A stretch of 20,000 bases of DNA from an uncultured Methanosarcinales archaeon. GTDB lineage: Archaea; Nanobdellota; Nanobdellia; Woesearchaeales; CAYVYK01. Under the pieces are notes generated by a model. That model did no database searches. It was given only the letters and a program-made list of their open reading frames with translations, and was not told the DNA's origin. The translations under genes were made by a program, and so were the position numbers. Positions 1-8,254 of the stretch are shown here, one piece after another. The stretch lies in assembly GCA_964455675.1 (NCBI GenBank), contig CAYVYK010000001.1:56463-76462 (forward strand), written 5' to 3'. Each line of letters begins with the position of its first letter. Position 1 is the stretch's first letter.

Positions 1-26
1 AAAACGCCTCCTGCCCGACAGAGTGT

Positions 27-1448
27 ATGGAACTGAAAAGGATTGGAGAGTTCGAGTGGGAAATACCAAAGTCTGGAAAGATGCTCGTTCCAGGCAGGAT
101 CTTCACTTCTGAGAAGATGCTTGAGAAGGTAAGGGATGATCAGTCCTTGGAGCAATTGCAGAACATGGCATGCCTTCCTGGTATTCGTAAGCACGCTCTT
201 GCGATGCCGGATGCCCATCGTGGGTATGGGTTTTGTATTGGTGGAGTTGCGGCGTTTAGCCAGAAGGAAGGGATTATTTCTCCTGGTGGTGTTGGGTATG
301 ATATTAACTGCGGCGTCCGTATGCTGAGGACTGACCTTGCGTATGATGATATCAAGGATGTCCGGAGCGCTTTGCTCGACGCCCTGTTTAAAAGTATTCC
401 TCCAGGTGCAGGCAGGAACGGAATCATCTCGATCTCGCGTGATGAACTGCTTGAGATTCTGGCGGAAGGTAGCAAGTGGGCGCTAAAGGAAGGATATGCC
501 ACAAAGGATGATATTGAGAAGACCGAGGAATATGGCAGGATGAGTGTGAAGGATCCAACAGTCCTAAGTAAGGACGCATTGGAACGCGGCCAGCCACAGA
601 TAGGTACGCTTGGAAGTGGTAATCATTTCCTCGAAATCCAGCGAGTTTCAGAGATATTTGATGGAAAGACTGCCGCAAAATTTGGACTGACTGATAAGGA
701 TCAGATTGTTGTCATGATCCATTGTGGAAGTCGTGGGCTTGGTCATCAGGTGGCGTCAGACTACATTCGGCTGATGGAGAAGAAGTTTGGGTATGCAAAG
801 CTTCCTGACCGCGAGCTCATTAATGCCCCGATCGATTCCGATCTCGGCAAGGAGTACCTTGAGGCGATGTCTGCATCTGTTAATTTTGCGTTCTGCAATC
901 GTCAGCTGATCGCGTATCATGTCCGTGAGACATTCAAGAAGGTTTTGGGCCGTTCTGTTGAGATGAAGCAGGTGTATGATGTCTGTCATAATATTGCGAA
1001 AATTGAGACACACCACGTCGATGGCAAAAAAGAGAGGCTTTGCGTGCACAGAAAAGGTGCGACGAGGAGCTTTGGCCCTGGCCGCGATGAGATCCCGGAG
1101 AGTTATCGCAAGATCGGCCAGCCAGTTCTCATTCCAGGAAGTATGGGTACATCTTCGTATGTTCTTGTTGGTACTGAGAAAGCAGAAGAAATCTCTTTTG
1201 GAAGCACGGCACATGGAGCTGGGCGAGCGCTGTCACGCCAGGCTGCTCTCGCAAAGTATCGCGGCCAAGAGATCGTTGTCGAGTTAAAGGGGCGCAACAT
1301 CCTCGTAAAGGGTGGCTCGATGAAAGGTATCGCGGAGGAGACATACCAGGCATATAAAGACGTTGATGAGGTGGTAAAAGTCTCTGACAAGCTTGGTATT
1401 GGTAATCTCGTTGCTAAGCTCGTTCCTTCCGCGGTGATGAAGGGCTAA
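27..1448 (+). CDS. rtcB: RNA-splicing ligase RtcB (archaeal type)
   Basis: 473 aa with RtcB motifs MPDAHxGYGFxIGGV, GYDINCG, GSGNHFLE, HCGSRG, HRKGA, PGSMG, HGAGR and YKDVDEVV; normal length, no intein. Confidence 0.97.
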   Translation: MELKRIGEFEWEIPKSGKMLVPGRIFTSEKMLEKVRDDQSLEQLQNMACLPGIRKHALAMPDAHRGYGFCIGGVAAFSQKEGIISPGGVGYDINCGVRMLRTDLAYDDIKDVRSALLDALFKSIPPGAGRNGIISISRDELLEILAEGSKWALKEGYATKDDIEKTEEYGRMSVKDPTVLSKDALERGQPQIGTLGSGNHFLEIQRVSEIFDGKTAAKFGLTDKDQIVVMIHCGSRGLGHQVASDYIRLMEKKFGYAKLPDRELINAPIDSDLGKEYLEAMSASVNFAFCNRQLIAYHVRETFKKVLGRSVEMKQVYDVCHNIAKIETHHVDGKKERLCVHRKGATRSFGPGRDEIPESYRKIGQPVLIPGSMGTSSYVLVGTEKAEEISFGSTAHGAGRALSRQAALAKYRGQEIVVELKGRNILVKGGSMKGIAEETYQAYKDVDEVVKVSDKLGIGNLVAKLVPSAVMKG

Positions 1449-1797
1449 AGCATGCTTTGCAGTCCTGGAGATTTTTACAGTGCCTTTTGTGTATCTCGCA
1501 GAGAAATCCTGATCGCCTGATTTCTCGGAGTAGTCGCTGGATTTCGCCAAGAACCTTTTGTGGATCTTCTGAGATGATGTGTGCTCCTTCGGCTATTTGC
1601 TGCTTGATCCGGAGGGGAAAAGAGAATTCTGTTCCTCGTTTCTTTTTTCTGTAGTGTGATACTGACGCTTCGGTAATCCCAAGGATATGTGCAACGTCGC
1701 GCTGCTTCATGCCTAGCTTAAGCAGTTCAAGTGAGAGTTCCCGTCGTAGTGCGGGTATGACGTACCATACTTCAACTTCTTCCGGCATTCCAAGCAT
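1414..1797 (-). CDS. XRE/HTH transcriptional regulator (COG2522-like) with C-terminal Cys/His cluster
   Basis: C-terminal part of ORF 1414..2256: PEEVEVWYVIPALRRELS, HTH GMKQRDVAHILGITEASVSHY, KRG, CEIH...C..CKAC. Start moved to ATG 1797 (alternative 1788) because a TATA box lies at 1821-1828. Confidence 0.85.
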   Translation of the reverse strand: MLGMPEEVEVWYVIPALRRELSLELLKLGMKQRDVAHILGITEASVSHYRKKKRGTEFSFPLRIKQQIAEGAHIISEDPQKVLGEIQRLLREIRRSGFLCEIHKRHCKNLQDCKACFSPSSPRKERA

Positions 1798-1855
1798 GGC
1801 TGTGTACAAGTATGTTTGGTATATATAATTTGCCTGCAAGTGAAAAATGTGGTTG

Positions 1856-2371
1856 CTATGCACGGGCTGATTTTGCATGGAGCCGCTGTATCTTGAAGAA
1901 GATATATGGAGCGACGAATGCGCAAGTGTAGACAATGCCGATGATGAGTGGATTGTGCCAGTTGTCGAGATTGATTGTTTTTGAAACGCTATTAGATAGG
2001 AGCGTGATGAAGTATGCGTTGATGAGCGCCTGGATGGGCAGGAAGATTTCTCCGATGACGTAGGATTGTGGATTGAGCGCTTCGATGTCTTTGAGGAGCG
2101 ATGCAAAAAGCAGGCCAAAAGTTGTTGCAACAATCGCAAGCACAAGGAGAAGTCCGGCGCTTGACAGAACGACAAGGAGCGGAACAAGAACGATCGTGAC
2201 AATGAGATTGCCGATGATTGCGAGAATGAGGAGAATCCAGTACAGCACTTTGTCAAATATTCTTACTTCTTTGTAATTTTTGGCGAAAACGCGATCAACA
2301 ACAAGTGATGGTTCGCGCTGGAATCTGTTGTACAAGTACTCCTGCTGCCTGTAGTTGATCGCGCGTGTCAT
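1856..2371 (-). CDS. Hypothetical integral membrane protein (about 4 TM segments)
   Basis: 171 aa with several long hydrophobic stretches; starts 1 nt after the stop of the upstream gene, suggesting an operon. Confidence 0.75.
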   Translation of the reverse strand: MTRAINYRQQEYLYNRFQREPSLVVDRVFAKNYKEVRIFDKVLYWILLILAIIGNLIVTIVLVPLLVVLSSAGLLLVLAIVATTFGLLFASLLKDIEALNPQSYVIGEIFLPIQALINAYFITLLSNSVSKTINLDNWHNPLIIGIVYTCAFVAPYIFFKIQRLHAKSARA

Positions 2372-2372
2372 G

Positions 2373-2825
2373 TTAACTGTCTCCGATGTATTTCATCATG
2401 TGCGCAAGGAACATGCGGGTGTCATGGTAGTACTGTGTGACGACATCGATGGTAAGATGGAGGTCACCATCGTCGAGATGGACGATCATGGCAACATGCC
2501 TTCGGTATTCTTGTGTTCGGTCAAATGGCGCGCGCAGGATTCTTCGGCAAAGGAGGTAGAAGTCAAGGTGTTTGGCGAGTGCCTCATCGTCGGGAAACTG
2601 CATTCGGAAGAATTCCACAACTTGTCCGGGTGCTGTTGGAACGTCCGTTTTGTGCGTTTCTTTGTACTCTGCAAGGTACCCCGCAAAGAGCCGCTCGTAC
2701 GTGTTGCAGAGCCGCTCCATAATGCTCTTGATGATGTCAGCAGTCCGAGTATATTTGAGGCTGACATAGATGAGATGATCGCACCGTTTCATCTCATGAT
2801 ATGCTTCTTCGAGATATTCCTTCAT
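2373..2825 (-). CDS. Hypothetical helical protein, possibly HEPN-like fold
   Basis: 150 aa, amphipathic helices (YLEEAYHEMKRCDHLIYVSLKY); similar layout to the neighbouring 164-aa gene. Confidence 0.7.
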   Translation of the reverse strand: MKEYLEEAYHEMKRCDHLIYVSLKYTRTADIIKSIMERLCNTYERLFAGYLAEYKETHKTDVPTAPGQVVEFFRMQFPDDEALAKHLDFYLLCRRILRAPFDRTQEYRRHVAMIVHLDDGDLHLTIDVVTQYYHDTRMFLAHMMKYIGDS

Positions 2826-3288
2826 GGGTTGTTACCTGTGTTGCCATATCCTGAACGAAAGCTTTGGCGGTTGCCAGATGCTTTTTCAGGGTTATGAGTG
2901 TGAGTGCGGTCATATCATACTCCGGACTGCAAATGATGTACTTGTCTTTTCGAGTGAATTCCATAGGGCTCTGTTGATGTTTGGTGATGATCTCCTTGAT
3001 GTCTCGGGCTGTGATGATGATTGCTGGATCGGTATGGTAAGTCTGTGTGAGGTGGGCAAATGCGTGTATCCTTCCTTCGAACGTTGGCTGGTACGGCTCG
3101 ATTCGCTTGTACAGGAGTTCGAATTGGAGCACACCTTCCATTGCGCCCATCATTGCTAAAAAGATGTTTTCGAGCGCCAAGAGGAGCACTTTGGGGTCCT
3201 TGAGCCCTGGATAGGTCATGGTGATGAGGTAGTCCGCGAGTTGGATCTTCTGTTGTGCAGTCGAGAAGGACCCCTCATAATCTTCCAT
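2794..3288 (-). CDS. Hypothetical helical protein, possibly HEPN-like fold
   Basis: 164 aa (AQQKIQLADYLITMTYP..KDPKVLL..., PMEFTRKDKYIICS); TATA box TTTTTAAA at 3311-3318. Confidence 0.72.
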   Translation of the reverse strand: MEDYEGSFSTAQQKIQLADYLITMTYPGLKDPKVLLLALENIFLAMMGAMEGVLQFELLYKRIEPYQPTFEGRIHAFAHLTQTYHTDPAIIITARDIKEIITKHQQSPMEFTRKDKYIICSPEYDMTALTLITLKKHLATAKAFVQDMATQVTTHEGISRRSIS

Positions 3289-3320
3289 GAGGGATTATAA
3301 GCGACAGAACTTTAAAAACA

Positions 3321-3659
3321 TTACGAGCTTTTAAGCGTAAGAATGGCCTTTGCGAGGTCTCCTTCGGCTTCTTTCAGTGCTTCTCGTGCGGCATCTTCAT
3401 CCACGCCTGCTTGCTCTGCGACCGTTTTAATGTCCTCGAGGGATAGTTCTGGCCTCGAATCCTTTGGTTGTTCCACCTCGTCTCCACTGATCTGGTAGGA
3501 TGTTTCTCCCATCATGTTGACTTTGGCGACAGATGGGTTTTCAATGATGATACGACTGTCTGAAAGCTCGATGATCACGCGCTCTGCGTTGATTTCAGTC
3601 TGAGAAATACCCATGCGCTTCATAGCCTGCTTCATCATGCGCGGATCGATTCCTTGCAT
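3321..3659 (-). CDS. nac: Archaeal nascent polypeptide-associated complex protein (aNAC)
   Basis: DPRMMKQAMKRMGI N-terminus, NAC beta-barrel (IIIENPSV...SYQISG) and C-terminal UBA-like domain (EDIKTVAEQAGV...EAEGDLAKAI). Confidence 0.95.
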   Translation of the reverse strand: MQGIDPRMMKQAMKRMGISQTEINAERVIIELSDSRIIIENPSVAKVNMMGETSYQISGDEVEQPKDSRPELSLEDIKTVAEQAGVDEDAAREALKEAEGDLAKAILTLKSS

Positions 3660-3668
3660 AAACCCACC

Positions 3669-3842
3669 TTAGATACCAAGCAATCCTTTCCCAAAGATAT
3701 GGAGTAGGATGACAACCAGCATGACAACAATGGTCATGACGATGACGACAACAGGCGAGAAACGTATCTTGCTTTTATAATCATCAAAATATCTGACAAG
3801 TCCTCCTTGAGAGGATGGCATACTGACGCGGTTTTGGCTCAT
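3669..3842 (-). CDS. secG: Preprotein translocase subunit Sec61beta/SecG (57 aa, absent from the ORF track)
   Basis: Manual translation MSQNRVSMPSSQGGLVRYFDDYKSKIRFSPVVVIVMTIVVMLVVILLHIFGKGLLGI; GGLVRYF...I.P motif plus one C-terminal TM helix; TATA at 3865-3872. Confidence 0.92.
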   Translation of the reverse strand: MSQNRVSMPSSQGGLVRYFDDYKSKIRFSPVVVIVMTIVVMLVVILLHIFGKGLLGI

Positions 3843-3894
3843 GTTTGGAATAAGTATGTCCAGATTTATAAATGTTGAGGCTGAGAACCTAGGA

Positions 3895-5562
3895 TCATGA
3901 AAATAGCTGCCTCAGTAGTCGTAATAAGGGTTCCCTGTCAACTGCGATGAGGAATGGTGCAAGTTTTGGTCCTGATTCTTTGCCAAACAGGATAAGGTAT
4001 GTTTTGCGGAAGAATTCCCGGCTGTTGATCTCATGGGCTTTGAGTGTTTCATAGATGAACGATGATATCTCTTCTTCAGTAGTCTTGCTTTCCTCGAGTC
4101 GTTTGATGATTTCTTTGTATACATCAAGTTCTGGCGTGGTCACCTGCTCTAGTGCCTGGAGTGGCACGTCATTCATGAGTTCAAACTTGAATTGGTCAGG
4201 CGCAAATTCATGGACCCATTTCTTCGCAAAGTCCAAGCGCTCATGCACAAGACGTTCTTCTTCTGGTGTCATCCCGGCAGGGTATTTCCCAAGGAGCTTG
4301 AGTTTCGCAATAACATCTTCTCTATTTGGACTCATCTGCACAACTAGTGATGCAAGCGTAAACGGTATTTGTGGAGGTAGCCGCACAGGCAGATTTCCCA
4401 CGTGGGATAACTCGTAGATGCGTTTGTGTTTCTGGATTTCATGAGGATTTTTTTCTTCATCAGAGCCAAAATAGATGCGTTCCGTTTTGTCGAACCGTTC
4501 GTAGAGGAGTATGAGGTCGTTCTTTTGTGCGGGCTGGAAGTCGATGACCGCTGTAGGCCTCGTCGCAATGAGGAGATACCGTAGCATGTGTGCTGGTGCA
4601 TACGTTGTTGATTCTGCAAATGGGATTCCCTGTCCCTTTGATGATGACATTTTCTTTCCGCCGACCGTGAAGAACTCGTATCCCGCGCCAATGCTTGTTG
4701 GTGTTGATGGAAAAGGCGGGGGGTAATGGAAAACCTCGTGGGATATCAGGATAGATATTGATCTGCTTCCGCCGGCCGTGAAGTGGTCTTTTCCTGCAAG
4801 TTCCGCCATGACTCCGACGACGGGCCACTTTGCTGCCCATTCCACTTTCCAGGGGAATTTTCCTCCTCCTTTGAATGGCGACCGCTCTCCTTCATAGCCG
4901 CAGCCTTCCGCCCAGTCCACGAGGTCTTTCACGCACCGGTATTTGACTATCCCGCGCGATGCGTCCCATGCGTACGCAACGGTTGTGCCAATCTTGCCGC
5001 ACTTCTCGCATATCGGATTGAATGGTAGCTTGTCGGGCCGCTCGCCGTACATGCGCTCGTAGATGTCGTTAATCTTATCTGCGTTGTCAAGGGCGACTCG
5101 AATCATGTTGTCAAAGTCGCCGTTGATGTAGCGCTGCCCCGTGCTTTCAAGCTCTGCTTCAATACCGAATTCCGCAAACTTTTCCGTGCATTCGTCAAAG
5201 TAGTAGTCGGCGAATGTCTTGTATTTCGGCTTCGGGCTTGGAATGTCTCGAAATGGCTTGCCAAGATACTCTTTGAATTCGGGTGGCAGGTCGACATTCA
5301 TTGCGTCAAACGGGTCCATATCATCGCTTGAGAGGATAAACCGCGCGCGGACTCCTCGCTCGCGCAGAGCCTTGGCAATGGTATCATGGATGATCCACCC
5401 GCGTCCTGATCCGATATGTATCCTCCCGCTGGGGGTTTTCTCGTCGTATACAATGAATCCGCGCTCCTCAGTGATCTTCTTGAGTTGTGGATCAAGCTGT
5501 GCCCGCCTGATTATTTCTTCAGCCATCTGGTCTGCCCAGTGGAGGCTGGTTTCGTCAGTCAT
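3895..5562 (-). CDS. lysS: Lysine--tRNA ligase, class I
   Basis: HWAD N-terminus, TPSGRIHIG (HIGH-like), DDMD, Zn knuckle CEKCG, GKFPWKVEWAAKW, GKDH, KMSSSKG, C-terminal GPKL anticodon-binding domain. Confidence 0.97.
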   Translation of the reverse strand: MTDETSLHWADQMAEEIIRRAQLDPQLKKITEERGFIVYDEKTPSGRIHIGSGRGWIIHDTIAKALRERGVRARFILSSDDMDPFDAMNVDLPPEFKEYLGKPFRDIPSPKPKYKTFADYYFDECTEKFAEFGIEAELESTGQRYINGDFDNMIRVALDNADKINDIYERMYGERPDKLPFNPICEKCGKIGTTVAYAWDASRGIVKYRCVKDLVDWAEGCGYEGERSPFKGGGKFPWKVEWAAKWPVVGVMAELAGKDHFTAGGSRSISILISHEVFHYPPPFPSTPTSIGAGYEFFTVGGKKMSSSKGQGIPFAESTTYAPAHMLRYLLIATRPTAVIDFQPAQKNDLILLYERFDKTERIYFGSDEEKNPHEIQKHKRIYELSHVGNLPVRLPPQIPFTLASLVVQMSPNREDVIAKLKLLGKYPAGMTPEEERLVHERLDFAKKWVHEFAPDQFKFELMNDVPLQALEQVTTPELDVYKEIIKRLEESKTTEEEISSFIYETLKAHEINSREFFRKTYLILFGKESGPKLAPFLIAVDREPLLRLLRQLFS

Positions 5563-5606
5563 GGAATTATGAAGTTGGACTTGCTATTTAAAATTGCCGA
5601 AGAAAA

Positions 5607-5953
5607 GTGTAGGGCAGCGATAAGCCGCCTTTTGTGCAGCCCAAAAGCACACAAGTGTTGTATGCTCGATGGCTGTCCTGACATTCGACTTCGCGGTTGT
5701 ACCTTGCACCGTTGGGTCTCGCCGTTTCACCCACTCCACAAGGATATTCAGCCGGTTTCCCTTAATCCAAGGGTTTTGGTTTGCACCAAACGCGCCTGTG
5801 TTGCCACAGGTTTCCAAGGCCACATGTCCATCTTGTGGTGGTTCGTTTCTGAGCGGTTGCCTTCCCTTTCGGGAACATGCGTTTCGCAAGCAACTTGCTA
5901 TGGTGGGCGGACTTTCCTCAGCATACGCCGATGGTCAGGTTGCTGCCCTACAC
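5607..5953 (-). ncRNA. rnpB: Archaeal RNase P RNA
   Basis: Minus strand has GAGGAAAGUCC (CR-I) and ACAAAAGGCGGCUUAU (CR-V), a 12-bp terminal P1 helix (GUGUAGGGCAGC/GCUGCCCUACAC), P2 CCUGAC/GUCAGG, AGAAAC and GUGAAAC junction motifs and GGUGCAAG; TATA TTTTTAAG at 5975-5982. Confidence 0.96.
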
Positions 5954-6031
5954 GGACGAGGGAAACAAAATCGCCTTAAAAACCTTATGCTTTTTATACG
6001 ATGAATGTTTTCCGACAATCGTGGGCACCGC

Positions 6032-6045
6032 GTAAAAAAGCTCAC
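6032..6045 (+). repeat. 14-bp direct repeat GTAAAAAAGCTCAC, copy 1
   Basis: Identical to 10937-10950; both copies are intergenic. Confidence 0.5.
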
Positions 6046-6059
6046 AGAGACCATGAGCC

Positions 6060-7211
6060 ATGATTCGTAAACCTGTAAACAGCGTTATTAATTCGCTTGG
6101 AGCATACTTTCCAAAAAATATTCTGGCAAATGATGATTTTGTGCATATTCTTGCGGCATCCGGAAAGGAGACTTCTGATGCATGGATCAAGGAACGCACG
6201 GGGATTGAGGAACGTCGTGTCTGTAGTCCTGGAGAAAGCGTCGAGTCTATGTCAGCGAATGCTGCTCGTGACTGTGTGAATCGTGCAAGTGACATTCCTC
6301 CAATTGAGTATGTGATTGTTGCAACGAATACTCCTGCGCGAAAGTTCCCAGGTATCGCTCCGCACGTACTTGGAGAATTATCAAATTATCAGGATGCCAC
6401 GGGTAGAAATATTGTATGTGATAATGCGAGTGGGTGCGACATTGAGGCAGGATGCGCAGGGATCAATCATGCCCTCATGGCCGGTGATTCACTGATCAGG
6501 TCGGGATTATACCATTCAGTTCTCGTGATAGGTTGTGATATGCTCTCGTCGATAACGGATTATGCTGATCGCGAGACATGTATTCTGTTCGGTGACGGCG
6601 CGGGAGCGTATCATCTCGTTGCGCATGACGATCTTGGTTTTGGCTTTTTGGGTCATGACATGTCAAGCGACAGTGCCAAGAGAGAGAAGATTTACTGCAA
6701 TGCTCTTGAGGAGAAAGTGATTCTCGCTGAGGCTCTCTGCGTTCTGAGGGAAGGTGTCAAACCCATAAAATCTCTTGGACCAGTTATTCATATGGATGGG
6801 CGTGCAGTCTACAAATATGTTGTTTCTCTCGTAAAGGGATTGATTGCATCATTCCCGGAGAATCATTACTTGAATCCTGATGGTATTCCCTTTGAGCGGG
6901 TGCGATTTGTCACGCCACATCAGGCCAATATGCGGATGATTGAGTCTATTGATGGTGATGTTCCAGGTTTCAGTGGCCGGTGCAGGTTGAACTTGAGATA
7001 TTTTGGGAATACTTCAACCGCTTCGCAGATACTCTCCTTGATGGATATTTTGTATACGGAGGCAGAGCGCGGCGACTATGTCTTTGAGGTCGCGTACGGC
7101 GCGGGGCTTACTGGTGGTGCTGGCCTCTATAGAGTACCCCATCGTCTCGTGGGAAGGATCCCAATTACGGATTTTGTCGCAGAAGGACGAAGGATAATTG
7201 GCCCAAGGTAA
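6060..7211 (+). CDS. fabH: 3-oxoacyl-ACP synthase III (FabH/KAS III family)
   Basis: TSDAWIKERTGIEERR, catalytic Cys in AGCAG, DRETCILFGDGAGA, MDGRAVYK, His in PHQAN, Asn in GNTSTAS, YGAGLT. Confidence 0.93.
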   Translation: MIRKPVNSVINSLGAYFPKNILANDDFVHILAASGKETSDAWIKERTGIEERRVCSPGESVESMSANAARDCVNRASDIPPIEYVIVATNTPARKFPGIAPHVLGELSNYQDATGRNIVCDNASGCDIEAGCAGINHALMAGDSLIRSGLYHSVLVIGCDMLSSITDYADRETCILFGDGAGAYHLVAHDDLGFGFLGHDMSSDSAKREKIYCNALEEKVILAEALCVLREGVKPIKSLGPVIHMDGRAVYKYVVSLVKGLIASFPENHYLNPDGIPFERVRFVTPHQANMRMIESIDGDVPGFSGRCRLNLRYFGNTSTASQILSLMDILYTEAERGDYVFEVAYGAGLTGGAGLYRVPHRLVGRIPITDFVAEGRRIIGPR

Positions 7212-8232
7212 TCACTTCTTTTCTTTCGAAGTGATAGTCTGCAGCGATTGCGCGAATGGTGTCGGGATTCTTGGTGATAATCACTAGGTTTCCATTCTTT
7301 TTCAGCACTGCTCCTCCGCGCTCGAAGAGTTGTGAATATAGATTTCGAAATCGACCCTCTTGAAAATTCCTAGAGAGGTGCGGAGGCTCAGTTACGATAC
7401 AGTCCACTTTTTCTTTGAGTTTGATGTCCACCCAGTCGACCTCTACTCTTCGTACGGTAATATCGTCTCCAACGCCTGCGATTTTGGCATTTTTTTGGGC
7501 GATGCGTACACTTCCCATCATGCTGTCAAAGGCATAGATGACACCCGATAATTGTGTGATGTTCTTGTCGATCTCTTCAAGTTCAGCAAGAGCGTAATCA
7601 TGATTAAAGGCAGTATGTGCAAGGAGCTTTTCCTTCTCGTAGTAGAACAGCGGAAGATTTCTGGCAACGAGTGCCGCCTCGATGGGTATCATGCCGCTGC
7701 CGCAGAATGGGTCCATGATGGTCTTTCCGTTCTGGTATCCTGCGAGCTTGAGGGCGGCATACGCAATCCATCCTTTGAGTGATGTGGGGTGCATGAATAC
7801 CTTGTACCTGCGCTTTGCGAAATCTATCTCAAATAGGTTGATGCAGAGGATGAATGATCTGTCCTGCCGGAGAATAGCGAGTGCAACGTCTGCCGCAGTA
7901 TAGACGACACGCAGCTCTGGCCGAACGGAGAGCAGTTGTGCTTTGTAGGAATCCCGTATCTGTTCTTGAAGCACTCGGTCGGTGCCAAAGACGGTAATGG
8001 AGACGCTTCCGATTCCCTCGGGGAGATTGACGAAGAGTTCCTCTATGGTTGACGACTCGCTGAGTATTCCAAGGATATGCTGGAAACTGTGACCGGTGTA
8101 TGCTAGGCGAAGAATTGTCTCCGGACTCGCGCAGAATCGAACACTATCCTCCTGTGCGGTGATATTCCGCGCGCCATGCATTTCAAGTTCTTCAACCGAG
8201 AACCTTGATAGCCCTTGGGGTATGAGGAGCAT
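7165..8232 (-). CDS. THUMP-domain/UPF0020 SAM-dependent RNA m2G methyltransferase (Trm14/RlmL-like)
   Basis: KRRYKVFMHPTSLKGWIAYAAL, motif I DPFCGSGMIPIEAA, AQKNAKIAGV, motif IV variant IVTEPPH. Start moved to ATG 8232, just after the gyrA stop, with AGGA upstream. Confidence 0.85.
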   Translation of the reverse strand: MLLIPQGLSRFSVEELEMHGARNITAQEDSVRFCASPETILRLAYTGHSFQHILGILSESSTIEELFVNLPEGIGSVSITVFGTDRVLQEQIRDSYKAQLLSVRPELRVVYTAADVALAILRQDRSFILCINLFEIDFAKRRYKVFMHPTSLKGWIAYAALKLAGYQNGKTIMDPFCGSGMIPIEAALVARNLPLFYYEKEKLLAHTAFNHDYALAELEEIDKNITQLSGVIYAFDSMMGSVRIAQKNAKIAGVGDDITVRRVEVDWVDIKLKEKVDCIVTEPPHLSRNFQEGRFRNLYSQLFERGGAVLKKNGNLVIITKNPDTIRAIAADYHFERKEVITLGQLSFVLLRQNP

Positions 8233-8254
8233 ACATTCCTGAGGAATAGGAAAT

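Noticed and set aside
1798..2256. N-terminal 153 aa of the 280-aa ORF 1414..2256
   Set aside because: Ser-rich off-frame read-through of the membrane protein gene; the real start is near 1797 behind a TATA box
5416..6004. ORFs 5416..5979, 5584..5889 and 5669..6004
   Set aside because: They overlap the RNase P RNA gene and have no protein-like motifs
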